Assembly (NCBI GenBank): GCA_951406725.2
Contig: OX597823.1
Span: 67,394,001-67,458,000, forward strand
Direction of reading: 5' to 3'
DNA length: 64,000 bases
Source of the DNA: Octopus vulgaris
Lineage: Eukaryota
Shown: positions 59,532 through 64,000 of the stretch, piece by piece
Position numbering within the stretch: the stretch's first letter is position 1
Layout: each line of letters begins with the position of its first letter
Notes under the pieces: model-generated
What the model was told of the DNA's origin: nothing
What the model saw: only the letters and a program-made list of their open reading frames with translations
Database searches by the model: none
Translations under genes and position numbers: made by a program

Positions 59532-59804
59532 TGTAATTAGATTTAAACAATTTACAAAAGAAAATGATAAGTAAATAAAAATCCTTTTGTTTAACATTTG
59601 ATGAGAACATTTCTATTGGTGACTGAGGTCAGGCATTGATTCAAGTATTTCGCAAGTGTATTTCTTTCACTGATTTACTGCAAAGAAACGTAGAAAACTT
59701 TACTCAATTCCTTGTATCTTCGTTGGAATCACTTCAAATCAATAAATGTAATCTCATTGTCAATATATGTTTCTTTGAGATTTCTTCCCATTTGAATTAC
59801 TGTC
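59532..59804 (-). repeat. Copy 2 of the inverted duplication
   Basis: Reverse-complement match to 49617-49896. Confidence 0.85.
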
Positions 59805-60013
59805 TTCGTCTTTAGTCATGTTGTTCATGCTGTTGTTGTCACTGCTACTGCCGCTAGTACTACTACTACTTTGTTATTTAGCCCTATATATTAGCTATGA
59901 TGGAGCAGAGCCGTGAATAAAGACATTTCAACTGTGAGCATCTCATCTTTTCAAACAAAGTTTGCTTCAAACTGTGGTATGAAATAAGCCCTCCTATTTA
60001 CGTGAATAGATAC

Positions 60014-60072
<59 letters not shown>

Positions 60073-60094
60073 TACACACATATATATATACATA

Positions 60095-60182
<88 letters not shown>

Positions 60183-60248
60183 CATATATATATTCACACA
60201 TACATACATACATTCATACATACATACATACATACATACATACATACA

Positions 60249-60310
<62 letters not shown>

Positions 60311-60399
60311 GGGTGAACCCCATCATTTCTGAATGATTTATTTCTCCTTTCTTCTTTGGATGAAAGAAGTGGGTTCCTTCTAGCTGCTCTGCTATACTA

Positions 60400-60850
60400 G
60401 CTAAGTTGATAGAGATATCTGAGAAAGGTATTCAAACTGATTTGGTTTTGCTTTGCGACATCAGCTGCCTTACAACGGAGATTATTTCTTTTTAACAATC
60501 CGCTTGACATTCCGAAAACACGTGCCAGTAGACCCAGCTGGACTGAGCGGCATACTGGTGATTCTTTTCTTTTGTTGGTGAATTGTACAATCACTATGTT
60601 GACTGTAGCAAGAAGATCCCAAGTCTACCATCAGATATGAAATGAAAAATAATACATGAACACGTCTGAACCACCAGGTAAAGTCCGCACAGATAAAATG
60701 ATATGAGAAGTCTCTAGTTGCATTAGAGATCCTTGCAAAACAAACTTCTGCCTTCCATAACACAACAATACAAATAATTACAATGATAAGGGAGTCAACA
60801 TTTGTATGAAACCAAACATTAAAGATGAGCTTTGTTGTTGATTGAACAGA
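60400..60850 (-). pseudogene. Possible frameshifted relic of a divergent pLGIC M1-M2-M3-MX region
   Basis: Stitching frames gives FIQMLTPL/IIVIICIVVLW..ARISNATRDFSY/HIILSVRTLPGGSDV/VLFFISYLMVDLG/LLATVNIVIVQFTNKRKESPVCRSVQLGLLARVFGM, with M1 Pro, M2-M3 LPxxSD and post-M3 basic+SP elements in the expected order. Needs several frameshifts; by-eye only. Confidence 0.4.
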
Positions 60851-62147
60851 CGGCAAAGTATGGCCTAATAGCTTAGATGCCGACTTCGTAATCATGAGGC
60901 ACAGCTGAAGTCCGTCCCATTGCACACCTCCAATGGCAAGTGTCCTCTCTCATTGGCTAGCTTCGACCAAAAGCTTCTGAGATAAATTAGGTAGATGAAA
61001 ACTTTATGAAAAACTCGTTGGATTGATTGTACGTGTAATACAAACATCCATAATGTCTCATGGAGTGTTACTCATATTCTGTCAGAGGATTATATTAAGA
61101 CTACAAGTTGTCTTTAGAAAATTTATGCGCTTGCCTTATAATGTAATTTAGACTTCATAAGAAAACGAAAGAGATGGTTAGGCAATATCCATAATTTCAG
61201 TTGATCACGCTTAAGAAACCAACCGGGCGTTGTAATGACGGTTACTTCTGATAGGACTCTATGGAGGAGGTAACTGAAGACTCTACCCACACAACCCTCC
61301 CACCCAGGAATAGTAAGCAGAAATGAGTGAATGTATGGAAGATATTCAAAGGCTCAGCGGTGTCGCATGCCGTCCTACATTGATTATTCTTGAGAATTAC
61401 GTTAAGGAAAGGGGTGTATGTGGAATACTCTGCCACTTATATTTTAGTAAAATGAACAGAGATTATTTCCACAACCAGCTGGTTGTTTGTGACAATTTTC
61501 TTACAGGCTTCGACTAATTTCCTGTAAAATAGTATTTTTAACACTAATCATTTGCTAAAACTACTTTTTGGTAACATTACCACGATTTATTAGTTATAAC
61601 GGTACTTGTCCAACCTCATTCAATTAATTCTCTAAAATTCTCAGCATTAGGCCTCCTTGCCTGAAACGAGGCATTTAGATTCCAGTAAGCAGGCCGTTCT
61701 TCGTGAGTCATACCTAAGTTGTTCATAGATATCATAAAATTTTTAGATACCTTGATAAGATAGTCGTAAACACCCTATACTATCCTTATCCAATCAAATT
61801 ATTAAAGATTATTTGATGTGACCTGAATGTCACGTTGCGATTTTTTGTTCAAGTCCTTAATGGCACACTGGACAAATCTGATCGAATTATTGGCTCTGTT
61901 TCAGTAGATTTAAGCTTTGAAACCTCTTCTTCTATTATTTTATTTAATAACCACTCATAAAAACATTATTTGAAATTTATAGCTTCAGAAATTTCTGACA
62001 TACCAGAGTGAACTACATAAATTATTCAACAGACAAACAAAAATTTTTTAAAAAAAAACTTTAGTTTATATTATTTTTAAATGTTTGACAAATTGAATGG
62101 GATGAATAATATTTCGGAGCTATATACATTAACACCCTATTGTATAG

Positions 62148-62402
62148 TTGTTTGTTCCTTCTCGAGCCACGCCTGGCTCATAAGGGCCGGTTTCCCGGTT
62201 TCCTTGGCGTATAGGTTCCCCACCTGGACGGGAAATAGTGAGAGAAAGTTGTGGCGAAAGAGTCAGCAGAAGTTCGTCATTACATTCTGCCGAAGCCGTG
62301 TGGATCTTAGGTGCTTCGCTCATAAACACACACATCGCCCGGTCTGAGATTCGAACCCGTGATCCCTCGACCGCTGCTCTAACCACTAGGCCATGTGCCT
62401 CC
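62148..62402 (-). mobile_element. SINE, family B-related head with a tail shared with 2455-2704
   Basis: 16-bp TSD acac(c/t)ctattgtatag. Confidence 0.85.
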
Positions 62403-64000
62403 ACACTCTATTGTATAGAATTACATTAAAGTATTCTGTTAGCTATATAACAACATTGACGTAATCTACATAGTATACATATTGAGCTGTATAGTACAAT
62501 TCTTCATGTGTCCCACGAGTCTGTCAGGTTTTCACATACAAATCCTGCTTAATTATTGGTCTGCTTATTTAACATCCAGTATATAGATACATCATATTTC
62601 AGTTATTAACTGAATCAATATGGCTGGCATAATCAGTAGAGCAGCGTACAAATAATTGCCTTCTGGTATTTACGTTATTTTATGTTCTTAGTTCAATTCC
62701 GCCTAAATCGACTTTGCCTTTCATCCACCCAAAATTGAATAAGTACCAGTACAATACTGCCGGTAATTTAATCAACTCTATTCTTCTCCAAAATGTGTAG
62801 CATCATACCTAACATAGCAAGCCCGATAGGTTGGTTAAATTGCTAGAACGTCAGATAATTTTCTTTTTATGTATTTAGTTCCGGATCATGACGTACTGAG
62901 CTCAAATCTCGTTGAGGTCAACTTTGTTTCCAACCTTTTGGAGTCGACAAAAATATAGCACTTAACACGTACTGGGATGATTTTAATTGATTAACGCATT
63001 CCTCTTAATTTCTGGACTTGTACCTATGTTAGAAACCTTTGTCATTATTAACGCTGAATAACGGGCCGTTGGGATTTCCTTTTATCACATTCCAGATGAT
63101 AAAACTCTCTTAAGTTGCTACCAAATATTCTCCACGTACAGATAGAATTTTCTTTCTCTCAAGATATGAAGGCATACTGAAAAGTGATGTAGCGTATATA
63201 TTCACCTCGGTACTGCTTCATATTCTTGTCATCACCATTTCAGCAGCATTTCTACGGCAGAGACAACTACACTTTCACTGGTTTAACTTATAGAAATCAA
63301 TTTAAATCCAAAGATGGGTACAAGCCACTGTAATAATTAGGAGGTAGATTAATGTAATTACTAGATGTTTTTTAAATCGATTTTAAAATAAAAATCAAGT
63401 AAATGTCCTTTAAGCTTTAATTGACCCCTTGAGAGTTTGTACTTAGTACCCATTTCATTAAGAGAAACGGATGCGTAAAAAATATCATTTACAATTAGAC
63501 GCTTTGTATGATTCAGCATATAGTGATGAGGGTTTTTTTTTAAATATAAGCTGAAAGATGATTACAGCTCGGGGTCAATGTGGTACCAGCTAGTTTTTCT
63601 GCTTTCTCCAACATGAAAATAAACATATTCTTGTCACATTGTTTTCTTAGAATTGATTATTCGGGTAAACTACGGTATTCTCCAACATACGAGTCAAATT
63701 TTTCGAATCCAAATTTACAGACAACATAGTTCGACTTATACACCGAGACAACTTTGAAGAACCAAAAATTCCATGTGAAATGCAGCAGGATTTTGAAAGA
63801 AAATGACAACGTTTGATTGTTTGCAGTACATGTGTGTACTATATATTATGTCGATTTGTACGCCAGAAAATTCGGAATAATATTGTGATAGAGATTGAGA
63901 CACTGATAGTTTTTGTTGCACTATTCATTTACTAAAACTAAAACAGTTATCTAAAATGTTACGCCCAAGAAAACTTACATTTTTTTTTTACCAAATGTAG

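Noticed and set aside
63736-63921. 61-aa - strand ORF near the window end
   Set aside because: No recognisable motif or supported splice sites.

Overview
AT-rich, microsatellite-dense animal genomic DNA, most likely an octopus or other coleoid cephalopod (inferred from the tRNA-derived SINE families and the gene type). Almost all ORFs in the track are microsatellite or SINE artefacts. The one clear gene is a + strand, multi-exon Cys-loop (nAChR-like) ion-channel subunit. Four exons (45, 110, 530 and 518 nt; 3638-31389) splice in frame to 400 aa; the signal-peptide/alpha1 exon(s) probably lie upstream of the window. It keeps the Cys-loop and a cation-type M2 but has lost ACh-site residues (loop A Tyr, loop D Trp, loop C vicinal Cys-Cys), the profile of cephalopod chemotactile receptors. 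A possible frameshifted relic of a second, divergent pLGIC transmembrane region lies at about 60.4-60.9 kb (-). The rest is repeats: at least four SINE families with swapped head/body/tail modules, a head-to-tail Helitron dimer, a Tc2/pogo-like MITE, a mariner fragment and decayed LINEs. The most unusual signal is a scattered set of minimal type-I hammerhead-ribozyme motifs with palindromic stem III. They sit in ~350-bp direct-repeat units, at the apex of a hairpin, and at the outer tips of foldback arms that enclose microsatellite cores. All alignments and folds were done by eye.
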